Assembly: GCA_044869275.1 (NCBI GenBank)
Contig: JBIOXB010000034.1
Span: 1 to 64,000 of the forward strand
Origin: a bacterium
GTDB lineage: Bacteria; Zhuqueibacterota; Zhuqueibacteria; Zhuqueibacterales; Zhuqueibacteraceae
Length of the DNA stretch: 64,000 nt
Reading direction: 5' to 3'
Part shown: piece by piece, positions 47,424 through 58,200 of the stretch
Layout: each line of letters begins with the position of its first letter
Position numbering within the stretch: position 1 is the first letter of the stretch
Position numbers and translations under genes: made by a program
The notes under the pieces: generated by a model
The model's input: the letters and a program-made list of their open reading frames with translations, nothing else
Told to the model about the DNA's origin: nothing
Databases searched by the model: none

Positions 47424-49271
47424 CTATTGCGTTCCCCCTGCTTGCACCACGGAGGGATCCCGAATATCGTAAATGCTAATAGTCGGGCGCTCTAGGAAGC
47501 CCATGCCCCAGGGATGCTGGTGCGCCGCGGGCGGCACGAATTCCTGCACTAGCCGGCCCTGCTCTTCTAGCTCGCTGTAAAACTCCTGCCACGATTTGGC
47601 CATTTCTGGATACTTGGCGCACGTGGCGGCGTCGAAGAACCTTCTCTTCAACAAACTGGAGCTGATCACAAAGTGCACCCCGCGCTCGCGGTAATATGCC
47701 AGCGGGCGGGCGCGCCATGTGGAAAAGTCAGGCAAGTTCTGCAAAACAGCGCGCATCGAATCCAGCGCGGCGAAGTCGAGCTGATAGTCGAACCCGTGGC
47801 GCAGAATCCAGGCACTCAGAGGATTTTGCAGCAGCGCCAGTTTCATGGACAGCTTTTTCCTGCTGGATTCCTCCGTGATGAGTTCCATTTGTGAGATGCT
47901 GAGTTGGCCCGGCGGTACCGGCGGCAGCATCCACGAGCCCGCGCGCATGGCGACGTTCGTTTCCCGGGGAATGTGGGCTTTGATCCAATCCGCCGCCTGT
48001 ACGCGCGTGTCTTCCTGCATTGCGATCCAGCACCACTGGCCGGCGTAATAAATCGACGGCGCAGAGAAGAGCAATGCCAGCGCGGTCGCAGCCCATGCTG
48101 TGGGCCATCTAAAGCGCGTGATCATTTCCGATGCGCGCGTGATAAAAATGCCGGCATAAATGCACCAAAACGGCAGTACCGGAATGAGATAGCGGTCAAC
48201 TTTGAGTGTGGCATTACCCATCAACAAATAAAAAAAGAACGGGAAACAGAGGAGCAGGAGGTCTCGGGTGCGGTGTTTCCACAGCGAGTACAGCATGCCG
48301 GCAAAAACTGCGCTCACCAACATCAATCCCAGCCCGCCGCTCGGCGTGACCGCGGTGAAATAGCCCCAGAAACCGGATTCTGGCACGCCGAGATGGCCGG
48401 ATTTGGAATGAAAGATCTGGGACAGCAAGCCGCTGGCGAAGCTTTTGAAATCGAGCAAGGCATACGGTGTTCCCACCAAAAAGCCCGCGGCCGCGCACAG
48501 GGAGAGGATAGGAATCGCACGAGAAAAAATCGCACGGCGCCAGGAGGCACCGGCCGCGCGCTGCCGCAGGACATGGGCGGCGAGCACCGTCAACAGAATC
48601 AGGCCCACGGGATATTTCGCCGACGCCGCCAAGCCGGCCACGAAGGCCGCCCAGTGAAGGCCGCCGGGCTTTCGGGTTTGATAAGCGCGCACACAGAGAT
48701 AATAAGCCCAGACGGCGAAAAAAGCGGAGGGCACATCCGTGGCGAGAAAATGCGAGTCCGTGAAATGCACGTAAGCGAAAGTCAAAAACCAGGCGGCGAC
48801 CAGCGCGACCGTTGCGTTCCAACATCGCCGCGCGGAAAGATAAGTGAAATACACGGTGGCGGCACCGAGCGTCGCCGCCAGCAGGCGGCCGAGCAAGTGA
48901 AAATAAAAAATGTTTTGTACAGCGTAATCATAAAATTGCGACAGACTTCCGATGCTGCCGCACGCGTGCAGCGCCATTCCTGTCATCAAATAAAGAAACG
49001 CCGTGAGGTATATGCAGAGCGAAGGATACTCAAAAAAATGAGGATTCAAATCGTACGCCGGGCTTTTGAGCATGTCCAAGGCTTTTTGCGCGATGAATTG
49101 CTCGTCGGGATGCAACACGTAAGGATGGCCGAACCAGGTTCCCCACACACGAATAGCGAGAGCCAGAGCCAGAATCACGAACAGTGCTCTGGGAGATTTT
49201 TTCGGCAACAAGGCAACTGCCGGTGCGGTGGCGGTGGCGTGAGCTTTAGGTAGAATCATGGTAAGAAACAT
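47424..49271 (-). CDS. GT-C (ArnT/PMT, family 39/83-like) glycosyltransferase
   Basis: LHPDE, HFFEYPSL, many TM helices, AASAKYP, RYLIPVLP. Confidence 0.88.
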   Translation of the reverse strand: MFLTMILPKAHATATAPAVALLPKKSPRALFVILALALAIRVWGTWFGHPYVLHPDEQFIAQKALDMLKSPAYDLNPHFFEYPSLCIYLTAFLYLMTGMALHACGSIGSLSQFYDYAVQNIFYFHLLGRLLAATLGAATVYFTYLSARRCWNATVALVAAWFLTFAYVHFTDSHFLATDVPSAFFAVWAYYLCVRAYQTRKPGGLHWAAFVAGLAASAKYPVGLILLTVLAAHVLRQRAAGASWRRAIFSRAIPILSLCAAAGFLVGTPYALLDFKSFASGLLSQIFHSKSGHLGVPESGFWGYFTAVTPSGGLGLMLVSAVFAGMLYSLWKHRTRDLLLLCFPFFFYLLMGNATLKVDRYLIPVLPFWCIYAGIFITRASEMITRFRWPTAWAATALALLFSAPSIYYAGQWCWIAMQEDTRVQAADWIKAHIPRETNVAMRAGSWMLPPVPPGQLSISQMELITEESSRKKLSMKLALLQNPLSAWILRHGFDYQLDFAALDSMRAVLQNLPDFSTWRARPLAYYRERGVHFVISSSLLKRRFFDAATCAKYPEMAKSWQEFYSELEEQGRLVQEFVPPAAHQHPWGMGFLERPTISIYDIRDPSVVQAGGTQ

Positions 49272-49623
49272 GAATGAGCAGAGCAGGGCGCGCGCGAAGC
49301 CCCAAGGATCAGAACGGACGTGTGCCCGGACAAATTTTAGCCGGGCCGTGCGGACTTTTCTTGCGGAAGCCCCGCCTTACCTAGTGATGATTTTTGCTAC
49401 CGCCCCTCAGCGCGCGATCGGAAGAATGTTTGCCCGGTTGGGCGAAGAATTCTCTCAAAGAAATACCGGCGTTAAACCCCGACTGCGTAAAACTTGAGCT
49501 TTGCAGGAACGACATGAACGAGGCCGCACGTTGATCGAAAACACACTCCTCCCAAAGCGACAAAGATTCCACGTGGGTGTTTTTGTTCGTGGGGGCTTTT
49601 GCAAAAAGTCAATAAATCCGGCG

Positions 49624-50448
49624 TCACTGCTGCAGACTATCCAATAATTTTCGGGCGGATTGATGGTAGAAATCGTGCGGCGGGCGGTGGAGGAGTTCTA
49701 ACAAGGCGCCTCTGGCCTCTTCGAGGTGCCGCTGCTGCAGATGAGCGTGTGCCAGAAACCAAAAGACTTCGGCGGGCGCCTCCTCCTTGGCCAAGGGGGA
49801 CAATCGCTGCACCGCTTTTTCAAACTTGCGATTTTGCAGCAGGACGATTCCCCACAGCATTTGGATTTGAGGCTCCTGCGGATAGTGGTTCGCGAAAAGC
49901 TCGAGCGAATCCGCGACGGCGGCAAACTGTGCTTTGCGATAGAGCGGGTAGAGCGTGTTGAGCCGTTGCCGCAAACGCGCATCGCTGATCGCGGGAAAAT
50001 CATCCGGCCAATCGAACGCCGGTGGAATGGGGGCGGAGCCGCCTTTCCCGGCGAGAAAAGCCTTGAAATTTGCGTCGTCGCCCGATTCGTGCAACGTTTT
50101 CTCGGCTTCGTGAAAGAGCCAGACAACAGTGGTCACGATCAAAATCAACGCGGCATAATTGAACGCGGGCCGCCACTTTCCCAAGCTCCAAGACAGCCTT
50201 TCGAAACCGTGCGCGAAACGATCGGCATACCTGGCCAGAATGCCGGCGTCGGGCGCATAGGCGGGCGCAAAAATATATTGGCCGTGCCGCTCCATCAGCA
50301 GCGCGGTTTTTTGCACCCACAGAACGTTATGCGCGCATTCGTCACAGCCTAAAAAATGAGCTTCAAAAGCTTCCTGTTCTTCGGGCGGCAGTTCTTCACG
50401 AACATAGGCCACGATTTTATCAAACTGGTTGCGATATGGGCACTTCAT
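49624..50448 (-). CDS. Anti-sigma factor: zf-HC2, TM helix, TPR-like C-terminal domain
   Basis: FEAHFLGCDEC (HxxxCxxC), YAALILIVTTVVWLF, VFWFLAHAHLQQ; immediately downstream of the ECF sigma gene. Confidence 0.85.
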   Translation of the reverse strand: MKCPYRNQFDKIVAYVREELPPEEQEAFEAHFLGCDECAHNVLWVQKTALLMERHGQYIFAPAYAPDAGILARYADRFAHGFERLSWSLGKWRPAFNYAALILIVTTVVWLFHEAEKTLHESGDDANFKAFLAGKGGSAPIPPAFDWPDDFPAISDARLRQRLNTLYPLYRKAQFAAVADSLELFANHYPQEPQIQMLWGIVLLQNRKFEKAVQRLSPLAKEEAPAEVFWFLAHAHLQQRHLEEARGALLELLHRPPHDFYHQSARKLLDSLQQ

Positions 50449-50472
50449 GAGAGTTTCAACTCCAGTTGTCGC

Positions 50473-51021
50473 TCAGCCATACAGACTTCTCAGGACGGGG
50501 TCTTTTAAACAGAGCTTGCGCAGCCGCTTCAGGGCATCGGATTTCAGGCTATACACCTTGTCCGGCGGCAGATTCAGTTGCTGCGCTACCTCTCCTTCCT
50601 TATACCCTTTGTAGAACACCAATTCCAAAACCTGGACATATTTCTTCGGCAGCAGCTTGAGTTTTTCGCGCAGATAGTATTTAAGCTCCCCGGCCTCGGC
50701 CTCGTCGCGAAACAGGGAGTCCATGCCCTCCGCATAGGTGAGCGGTGCGGTGCGGCGTTGCTGCCGGCCTTTTTTGCGGAAATGCGTTTGCGCCACCTTG
50801 GTGGCGATGCCGCATAGAAACGTGCTGGGCTCGGCTTCGTTGCGGCCTTCGTAGTTCTGGAAGCTGCGCAAAGCTGCCACCATCGTGTCCTGCGTCACTT
50901 CCTCCAAATCGTGGCCCTCCAGGCCCCATTTTTTTTGCAGAAAGAATTTTATGAATGGCCGGCGGCCGGCGATCCAATCGGGGTCGATATTTTTACCGGG
51001 CTTGGCGATAGCTCCTCCCAC
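50473..51021 (-). CDS. ECF sigma-70 factor
   Basis: LEEVTQDTMVAALRS, TFLCGIA, LPKKYVQVLELVFYKGYKEGEVAQQLNLP. Confidence 0.88.
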   Translation of the reverse strand: MGGAIAKPGKNIDPDWIAGRRPFIKFFLQKKWGLEGHDLEEVTQDTMVAALRSFQNYEGRNEAEPSTFLCGIATKVAQTHFRKKGRQQRRTAPLTYAEGMDSLFRDEAEAGELKYYLREKLKLLPKKYVQVLELVFYKGYKEGEVAQQLNLPPDKVYSLKSDALKRLRKLCLKDPVLRSLYG

Positions 51022-51324
51022 CTCCAGTTTACATTGAGACTCGCGCAGCGCACAGATGCAGGCTTTTGTATAATTTTGAAAAAAATATGTGAGAAATCAA
51101 CCTCTGTTTTCGTCTATATGAGCAGAGAGAAGAAACAGGCGACACTCAGGGGCCCAGATTTGGCGCTTCGCCTTCCTTCACGGAATCGGGAAGAACAGGA
51201 GTGCACACGAGTGTCGATCTGATTTAGCTCGGCAATTTCAATCTATCACGACGCGCCGAGCTGCAGTCGGCCGGCTGTTCTGCATGTCAGGCAATTCAAC
51301 TCTTATCCGGAAAGGATAACAAAC

Positions 51325-51510
51325 ATGCGAACAGTCATGTCTTTCTTGCTGGTGTTGTTGTTTGCGCTGCTGGCCGGGTGTGAAACTTACGCGCCCACCG
51401 CGCCGAACAACGAGAAGAAACCTGCTGTGCAAAGCGACAGGATCAATGAAGAATGCGGTACGTGCGGCAATCCTCCTCCTCCGGGCAGCGGTGGTGGTGG
51501 AGGTGGTTGA
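51325..51510 (+). CDS. Small lipoprotein with CxxC and Pro/Gly tail (61 aa)
   Basis: AAGGA RBS, lipobox LAGC, C-terminus EECGTCGNPPPPGSGGGGGG, own terminator. Confidence 0.8.
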   Translation: MRTVMSFLLVLLFALLAGCETYAPTAPNNEKKPAVQSDRINEECGTCGNPPPPGSGGGGGG

Positions 51511-51559
51511 TTCCCGTCACAACTCGTCGGCTTCATTATTGGTGATTGGTTTCTTCATG

Positions 51560-51594
51560 CGACTCCGCCGTTTATCCCGGCGGAGTCGTATTTT
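51560..51594 (+). terminator. Terminator after the small lipoprotein gene
   Basis: 11-bp stem CGACTCCGCCG / CGGCGGAGTCG followed by TATTTT. Confidence 0.7.
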
Positions 51595-51781
51595 ACTAAC
51601 TTGCTTCTCATATTATTGCTTGCCTTCAGAATTCTTTTTCATAATCTTGCGCCAACTTATTCTCTTCCTCCGGGCGGCGGTGGTTGATGCCGTTAACGCA
51701 CTCGCTGCGGGCATTCGCAGTACTTCACTTCGTCGAGCGACTCTGCTGCTGAAAATGGCGGAATCGAGTTTTTACAGCGGT

Positions 51782-51875
51782 TGTCATTCTGGGAGAAGCT
51801 TCTCTCAGCTAGGGCATAAAGGCCCGTTGCGCAGATAGTGCCCGGTACTTGGGAAGATTCTTTCTGAGAATGACA
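51782..51875. repeat. Degenerate REP-like inverted pair
   Basis: TGTCATTCT... / ...AGAATGACA ends with partly complementary interior. Confidence 0.5.
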
Positions 51876-51895
51876 GGACGCGGGCCACGATGGCA

Positions 51896-54800
51896 TTACC
51901 CTTGTAACAATTTTGCTTTTCTATTTTTTCGCCCAAACAGCATACTACCCGCCATCAGCAAAATCGCTATAATCGCGGCCAGCGCTATCCAATCTCTTGC
52001 ACCCCACGGCAGGGGCAGTTCTACGCGCCAATCGCGGCCGTAATAAGCAAATGCGGCCCAATCGGTGAAATCATAATTGGGGTGATTCAGTATTTCGAGC
52101 TTCGCGGTTTGCAGGGCAGCCACGGTTGATTGTCCAGCGCGCAATGCTTGGTAGTAGGCTTTGAAAAACTCCGCTGTGGAATAATCATCGACTTTCCACA
52201 AGCTGGCGATCATGCTCGGCGTGCCGGCGGCGCGAAAAGCCTGCACAAAACCCTCAAAGCCCTCGCTTTCCACGAATGTGCCGCGCACAGTTTCGCATCC
52301 GCTCAAAACCGCTATTTTCACCGGCAAGCTCATTTGAAAAATCTCAAACGCAAAAAGCCTTTCCGGCTCACTCATACCGCGTGGCGTGGACAAAAGGATT
52401 TCGCCGAACAAGGGCTCGGCCGACTGCCAAAAACTATGGCTGGCAATGTGCAGCCAGTCGCTTTGATGCATAGCGGGCAGCAGGGATTTGCGTGTGAGCT
52501 TAGCGCCGGTCAAATCCGTCTGGCACTTCACCAAACGGCGTATCATTTCGGCTTCCAATTCACCTACCGTTCCTCTCGGCCAACGCGCATTGCGTGGATT
52601 TGAACCGTTGGAGTTTTCGGACTGCAATACCGGTGCGGCTGCCAGCAAGAATGATTGTACCCGCAAATCATCCTGCTCTTCTTGTTGCAAATCAGCAAGC
52701 GTGCTGCCGTAGCGCACTGCAAAGCGTTCAATCAAAAAGAACGCATCGCTCCGCTCTGTCGAGGTGAGCGGCAAGATTTCAAAAGGCAGAGCATGCAAAA
52801 CGCCGTCTGGCACGAGGGACAAAGTGGTTTCCTTGCGTTCCGCCAGAAAATCTTGCAGCAGCAGGCGATAGAGACGGCGCGCCGCAACGGTATCAAATTT
52901 AGCCACGCTTTCCCTAATGGCGTCGGCATTCTTGGTGTTCATGCCTTTGTGAATATCCAGCAGTTGTTGCTCCAGCGCATGACGGCCTACAGCAACGGAA
53001 GCTGCGCGCAGCGTATCCGCCGCGATGAAAAAGACCAAAGTCGAGGAATCACCCACAAAGAAGGTGAGCACCATTTCTCGGCGCGCGCGTAGATTCCGGC
53101 GAAAATCATGAATGGGAAAGGGAGGTGCGTCCAGCCAAAGCGCGGCATTCATGCCGAGCACACTGTCTTGCAAAGCTGCATGCTGGCGCTCCCAGGTCGC
53201 AATTTTTGTGGCCAAACCAATTTGGAATTCCGGCGAATCCGCAACTGCTTTTTGCACACGCGCCTTTTGTAGAAGAGAATCCAACATCGCGAGCTGGCAG
53301 GCTTTTGCGCTGTCTGTTGGCGCGTGACGAAGCTGTTGCACCTGCCAGCGCCTGCGCTTGACAATCAAATCGCGCGCCCGTTCGGTTTCAGCCAAAGCCC
53401 GCTCGACCTGACCATTCTTCACATAAGCCTGGCTTAGGCCGAAAAAGATTTCGCGTTCGACACTTGATAAGGAAGACAGATGCTGGGGGCCGAAGCGGTG
53501 CGTTTGCGTCATGGTGGTTCTTGCAGCGTCTTCATATATTTTAATGGCTTCTGCACGTTGCCCGGTTTGCCAGGCAATCTCCGCAAGCAATGAGAGAATT
53601 CTTAAATTCGTTTCATACGCTGGTGTCTCTCGTATGGTTGCCAGTGCGTGGGCTAATCTATGTTTGGCTTGGCCATACTGTTGCGCGCCCATTTCGATTT
53701 GCGCGAGCAATATTTGCGCGAGCATAAATGGCGTCATCAGGTTGGCATTTTTCGCTGCAATAGTTGATTCTGACAACAACGCATGCGCTCGGTGAGCTTG
53801 ACCGAGACGCATCGCAATTTCACCACGCAAAAGCTTCAACTTCAGCAACTGCTCGAAATTAGGTTTTTTTTGTGCGAGCTCCTGTGCCTGTTCGCAATAG
53901 TTTAGTGCTTCGGAGTACCTTCCTAGTGCAGTTAAGAAGGAAGCGAGATTCTGACAGCCGAAAGAGAAATACGAATCCAAATTTCGACTACGCACATAGG
54001 TCATGGCTTTCTGCGCAATTTCGAGCGCTTGAATTTTGCGGTCTGCCTCAAATTCAATTAGGGCGAGATCAAACAAAAGGGAGGCTGCGCTATCTTTTAG
54101 GCCCACAGAATCAGCGATCTCAAAAGCCCTATGTGCATAAGCCAGCGCATCGTTCCTTTTCCCTCTCTCAAGAGCCAATTCTGAAAGATAATCGTAGGCG
54201 TGAAACAACAACTCGCCATCGAGATATTGTCTGGCACGCTGAGCAGCAGTCGTCAAAGTTTGCTCCGCTTTCGACCATTGGTGCTGCTGAAGCTGGATCT
54301 GGCCCAGAAGCAACATCAGCCGGCCTTCCCATACCCGATTACCAATCCTATGCGCCGATTCGAAACCTTGCTCAAGCGTTGCAATTGCTTTCTGCCATTT
54401 CCCCAGCTTAAGTTCAGCCTGAGCACGGCCATGCAACAAACGCGCTCTACCTTCTTCATCCTTTGCGACTTGGCAATGGGCGAGGCCATCTTCATGTACA
54501 TTCTTCGCTTCCTGCCAGGATTCTAGATTTCCAAGGTTATATCCAAGAGCATAGTATATGCGCCAATGACGGTCGTTGTTTGCGAGCAGAGCGCGCAGAG
54601 TATCACGGGCCAATTTGAAATCGTTATTTTTAGAATGGCACAACGCCAAGGCAAAAACCTGCCGCCAATTTCTATGATGCTGTTGGTACTGCCGCCGCAG
54701 CAGCTCGAACGCGGCCGCGCTGTCCTTGAGCTCAAAGCTTTTATTGACGAAGATTTCGTAGGGATAGACGCAGTGGCTGTTTTCAACCACGGCCAGCCGT

Positions 54801-55291
54801 GCGTATCGCAAGCTGCTATCGGGTCTTTGCTGCGATTCCCACAGAATGGCATGGCCGCCCGCTATGTCGCCTTGCCAATGCTTCGCCGCCAGCAAAGAAT
54901 CAAAAAACACATGTCCCGCCGCAAATCTCCTTTCATAAACAAAAACATAAGCTGCGGTTTCGTACAAGGGTGGATATATTTCTTCTTTGCGAAGCAGGCT
55001 GTCAATGCGCGCATGCGCCTCGGCGAAATCGCCCCGGCCCATGGCATAACGGACTTCCAAATAGTCGCGCGGCACCTGCAGGTCTTTCGCCGGACCTTCT
55101 TGCTTCGCCTGGCCCAAGTCTGCCAGCAGCAAAAGAATGATCACGGCGGTGCATGCCGGTCCGGGGAGGCCATGGGCGCGGCTGCGAACGGGCAGTGATT
55201 TTTTGACAAGGATGAGAGTCATTCTGCGGCAAATACATCTTCGCTTTCCGAGCAGCGCCCTAGGGAGAGGCAAGACTGCAAAACCTAACAC
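51896..55291 (-). CDS. TPR-CHAT protease 2
   Basis: VPDGVLHALPFE, WLHIASH, VLSGCET, SLWKVDD, WAAF; N-terminal hydrophobic segment and C-terminal TM; start uncertain. Confidence 0.92.
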   Translation of the reverse strand: MLGFAVLPLPRALLGKRRCICRRMTLILVKKSLPVRSRAHGLPGPACTAVIILLLLADLGQAKQEGPAKDLQVPRDYLEVRYAMGRGDFAEAHARIDSLLRKEEIYPPLYETAAYVFVYERRFAAGHVFFDSLLAAKHWQGDIAGGHAILWESQQRPDSSLRYARLAVVENSHCVYPYEIFVNKSFELKDSAAAFELLRRQYQQHHRNWRQVFALALCHSKNNDFKLARDTLRALLANNDRHWRIYYALGYNLGNLESWQEAKNVHEDGLAHCQVAKDEEGRARLLHGRAQAELKLGKWQKAIATLEQGFESAHRIGNRVWEGRLMLLLGQIQLQQHQWSKAEQTLTTAAQRARQYLDGELLFHAYDYLSELALERGKRNDALAYAHRAFEIADSVGLKDSAASLLFDLALIEFEADRKIQALEIAQKAMTYVRSRNLDSYFSFGCQNLASFLTALGRYSEALNYCEQAQELAQKKPNFEQLLKLKLLRGEIAMRLGQAHRAHALLSESTIAAKNANLMTPFMLAQILLAQIEMGAQQYGQAKHRLAHALATIRETPAYETNLRILSLLAEIAWQTGQRAEAIKIYEDAARTTMTQTHRFGPQHLSSLSSVEREIFFGLSQAYVKNGQVERALAETERARDLIVKRRRWQVQQLRHAPTDSAKACQLAMLDSLLQKARVQKAVADSPEFQIGLATKIATWERQHAALQDSVLGMNAALWLDAPPFPIHDFRRNLRARREMVLTFFVGDSSTLVFFIAADTLRAASVAVGRHALEQQLLDIHKGMNTKNADAIRESVAKFDTVAARRLYRLLLQDFLAERKETTLSLVPDGVLHALPFEILPLTSTERSDAFFLIERFAVRYGSTLADLQQEEQDDLRVQSFLLAAAPVLQSENSNGSNPRNARWPRGTVGELEAEMIRRLVKCQTDLTGAKLTRKSLLPAMHQSDWLHIASHSFWQSAEPLFGEILLSTPRGMSEPERLFAFEIFQMSLPVKIAVLSGCETVRGTFVESEGFEGFVQAFRAAGTPSMIASLWKVDDYSTAEFFKAYYQALRAGQSTVAALQTAKLEILNHPNYDFTDWAAFAYYGRDWRVELPLPWGARDWIALAAIIAILLMAGSMLFGRKNRKAKLLQG

Positions 55292-55293
55292 GA

Positions 55294-58200
55294 CTATTTA
55301 TTATGAAATTTGATTTCGTGTTTTCTTAGTCTGACAGCCACTTGCCAACCGGCCAAAAACAGAACCACAATCATTCCCGCCAGCACCAGCGCTTCCTTTA
55401 TGCCCCACGGCGCCGGCAGCTGCACACGCCAGTCGCGGCCATAATAAGCAAACGCGGCCCAATGCGTGAAATCATAATTGGGGTTAGCCAGCATCTCGAG
55501 CTTCGCGGTTTGCAGCGCGCGCATGGTGGATTGCCCGGCGCGCAAAGCTTTATAGTAAGCTCTGAAGAATTCTGAAGTGGGAAAGTCATCGACCTTCCAC
55601 AAGCTGGCGATCACACTGGGCGCGCCCGCGGCGCGAAATGCCTGCACAAAGCCTTCAAAGCCCTCACTGTCCACGAACGTGCCGCGCACGGTCTCGCATC
55701 CGCTCAATACCGCCATTTGCACCGGCAGCGCCATTTGAAAAATTTCAAAAGCAAAAAGCCGTTGCGGCTCGCTCCTTCCCGGCGGCGTGACCAAATCGAT
55801 CTCGCCGAACAGAGGCTCGGCCGGCCGCCAGGTGCAGTGGCTGGCAATATGCAGCCAATCGCTCTGCTGCATTGCCAGCAACAAAGAGTCACGCGTGAGA
55901 TTTGCGCCGGCCAGATCCGTTTTGCATTGCACCATACTGCGAATGATTTCGGCTTCCAAATGGCCCACGGTTCCCGCCCGCCGGTCGGCATCGCGCTGTG
56001 CGATCAAGCCATTTGTCTCCGCCGGCGGCGCGGCCGGCGCGGCCGCCAGCAAGAACGATTTCACCGGCAAATAATCCTGCCCGTCTTGTTGCAAATCCGT
56101 TAGCGTGCTGCCGTAGCGCACGGCAAAACGCTCGACCAAGAATGGCGCGCGGCCTTGTCCTGAACTGAGCGTCAGGATTTCAAACGGCAGGGCATGCAAA
56201 GCGCCATCCGGAACGATGGCCAGCGCGGTTTCAGGCCGCTGCTCGAGAAAGTCTTGCAGCAGCAGACGATAAAGATCATGGGCCGCTGCCGTATTGAGCT
56301 GCATTTTTCCCCGCGCCAGCGGTTCGGCATGTCCGGTACTCATGCCTGCATGAATGCGCAGCAACCCCTGCTCCAAGCTTCGGCGTCCAATGGCAATGGC
56401 TGCGAACTGCAGGGTGTCGGGCGCGAGAAAAAAGACCAGAGTAGAAGAGTCTCCCACAAAAAAGCTGAGCGCGATCTCCTGGCGGGAATTCAGGCTGCGG
56501 CGAAAGTGGCTGAGGTCAAAAGGAAGCGTCTCAAGCCAGGGCTTCACGGCACCTTGCACGGCCTGTTGCTGGCGCTCCCCTTCTGCAATTTTCGCCGCCC
56601 AATCGAGCTGGAGCGAAGTCGAATTCGTGGCCGCTCTCTGCAAGCGTGCTTCTTGCAGCATGGCATCGAGGCTGGCGAGCTTGCGGATTATCGTGCTATC
56701 CCTTGAGGCATGAGCGAGCTGCTGCGCATGCCAGCGTTTGCGCTTGACGATCAGATCACGCGCCCGCTCGGTCTCGACCAAGGCGCGTGCAATCTGCCCC
56801 ATCTCGGCATAGGCACGGCTCAAACTAAAAAAGACTTCACGCTCGACTCGCGACAAGGAAGACAGATGCTCCGACCCAAAGCCCGGCATTTGCGCAAGGA
56901 TGATTTTGAGCGCATCTTCATATACTTTGAGTGCCTGCGGCCGTTCTCCGGTCCGCCACGCGATCTCAGCAAACAACGCGAGCATTCTCAGGTTCGTTTC
57001 ATAGGCCGGTGTTTCAGGCAATGCCGCCAAGGTGCCGGCCAATCTTTGTTTCGCCTGGCGGTATTGTCCGGCACCCATCTCTCTTTGTGCAAATAGTATT
57101 TGTGCTTCGGTAAACGCCGCCATCAGCCCGGCATGCCGTGCTGACTCGGCCGCTTCGGCCAAGAGCGCGCGCGCTTCGCGCGTGCGTTTCAGAGGAAATA
57201 AAATTTTGGCGCGCAGCAATTTCAAATTCAACAATTGTTCGGCATTATTTCTTTTTCCCGCCAAACGCTGTGCTGCTTCGCAATGCAACAAGGCTTCTGG
57301 GTGTTTTCCCAGCAGATCCAAATTGCAGGCCAGATTTTGATGAAGATAAGGCAATTGCCAATCCAGCCCGTGGGCCAGTGCATATTGCAAGGCTTCTTGC
57401 AAGAGCTCGAGCGCTTGCGCTTCGCGGCCGGCGGACAATTCAATGAGCGCGACACGTTGTATGAGCGATCCGGCGTAGGTCTTCATGCCCAGAGAATCGG
57501 CAACGTGATAGGCCATATACGTATATTGGAGCGCTTCGCTCCTCTTGCCAATATTGTCGGCCAATTGCGACAAGTAATAATAGGCATGCAGCAAGAGATC
57601 GCCCAGGGCATAGTTCCGGGCGCACTGGACGACGGCCTCGAAAGTTTGCCGCGCCTGCAACCATTGCTGCTGCTTGAGTTGAATCTCGCCCAGCAAAGAA
57701 AGCAGCCAGCCTTCACGCAAACGATTGCCGATGCGGCGCGTCAAATCCAAGCCCTGCTGCAAAGTCGCCACCGCCGCTTGCCACTGTCCCAATGCCTGTT
57801 CTGCCTGGGCGCGGCCGTATAACAACCGCACCTTCCCCTCCTCGTCATTCACCTGGTCACAATAAGCAAGGCCTTCATCATAAGCCCTCTTTGCTTCCTG
57901 CCAAGAGGCGGTGAGCCACAAGCCCTGTCCCAAAGAAAAATAAATTCGCCAATGCCTGATATTGCTCGCAAGCAGAGCACGCAAGGTATCCACTGCTACT
58001 TTGTGCTGGCTGTGCAGGGAATACCATGAAGCGATGGCATAAGCCAGCCGCCAGTTTTCCGGACGCTGCGGGCGCCATCGCTGCAGGAGCTCAAGTGCCG
58101 CCTGGTTACTTTTACACTCGAAACTCTTCTCCACAAAGATTTCGTAGGGATAGACACACTGGCTGTTTTCGAGCACGGCCAGCCTGGCGTACTTCACGGT

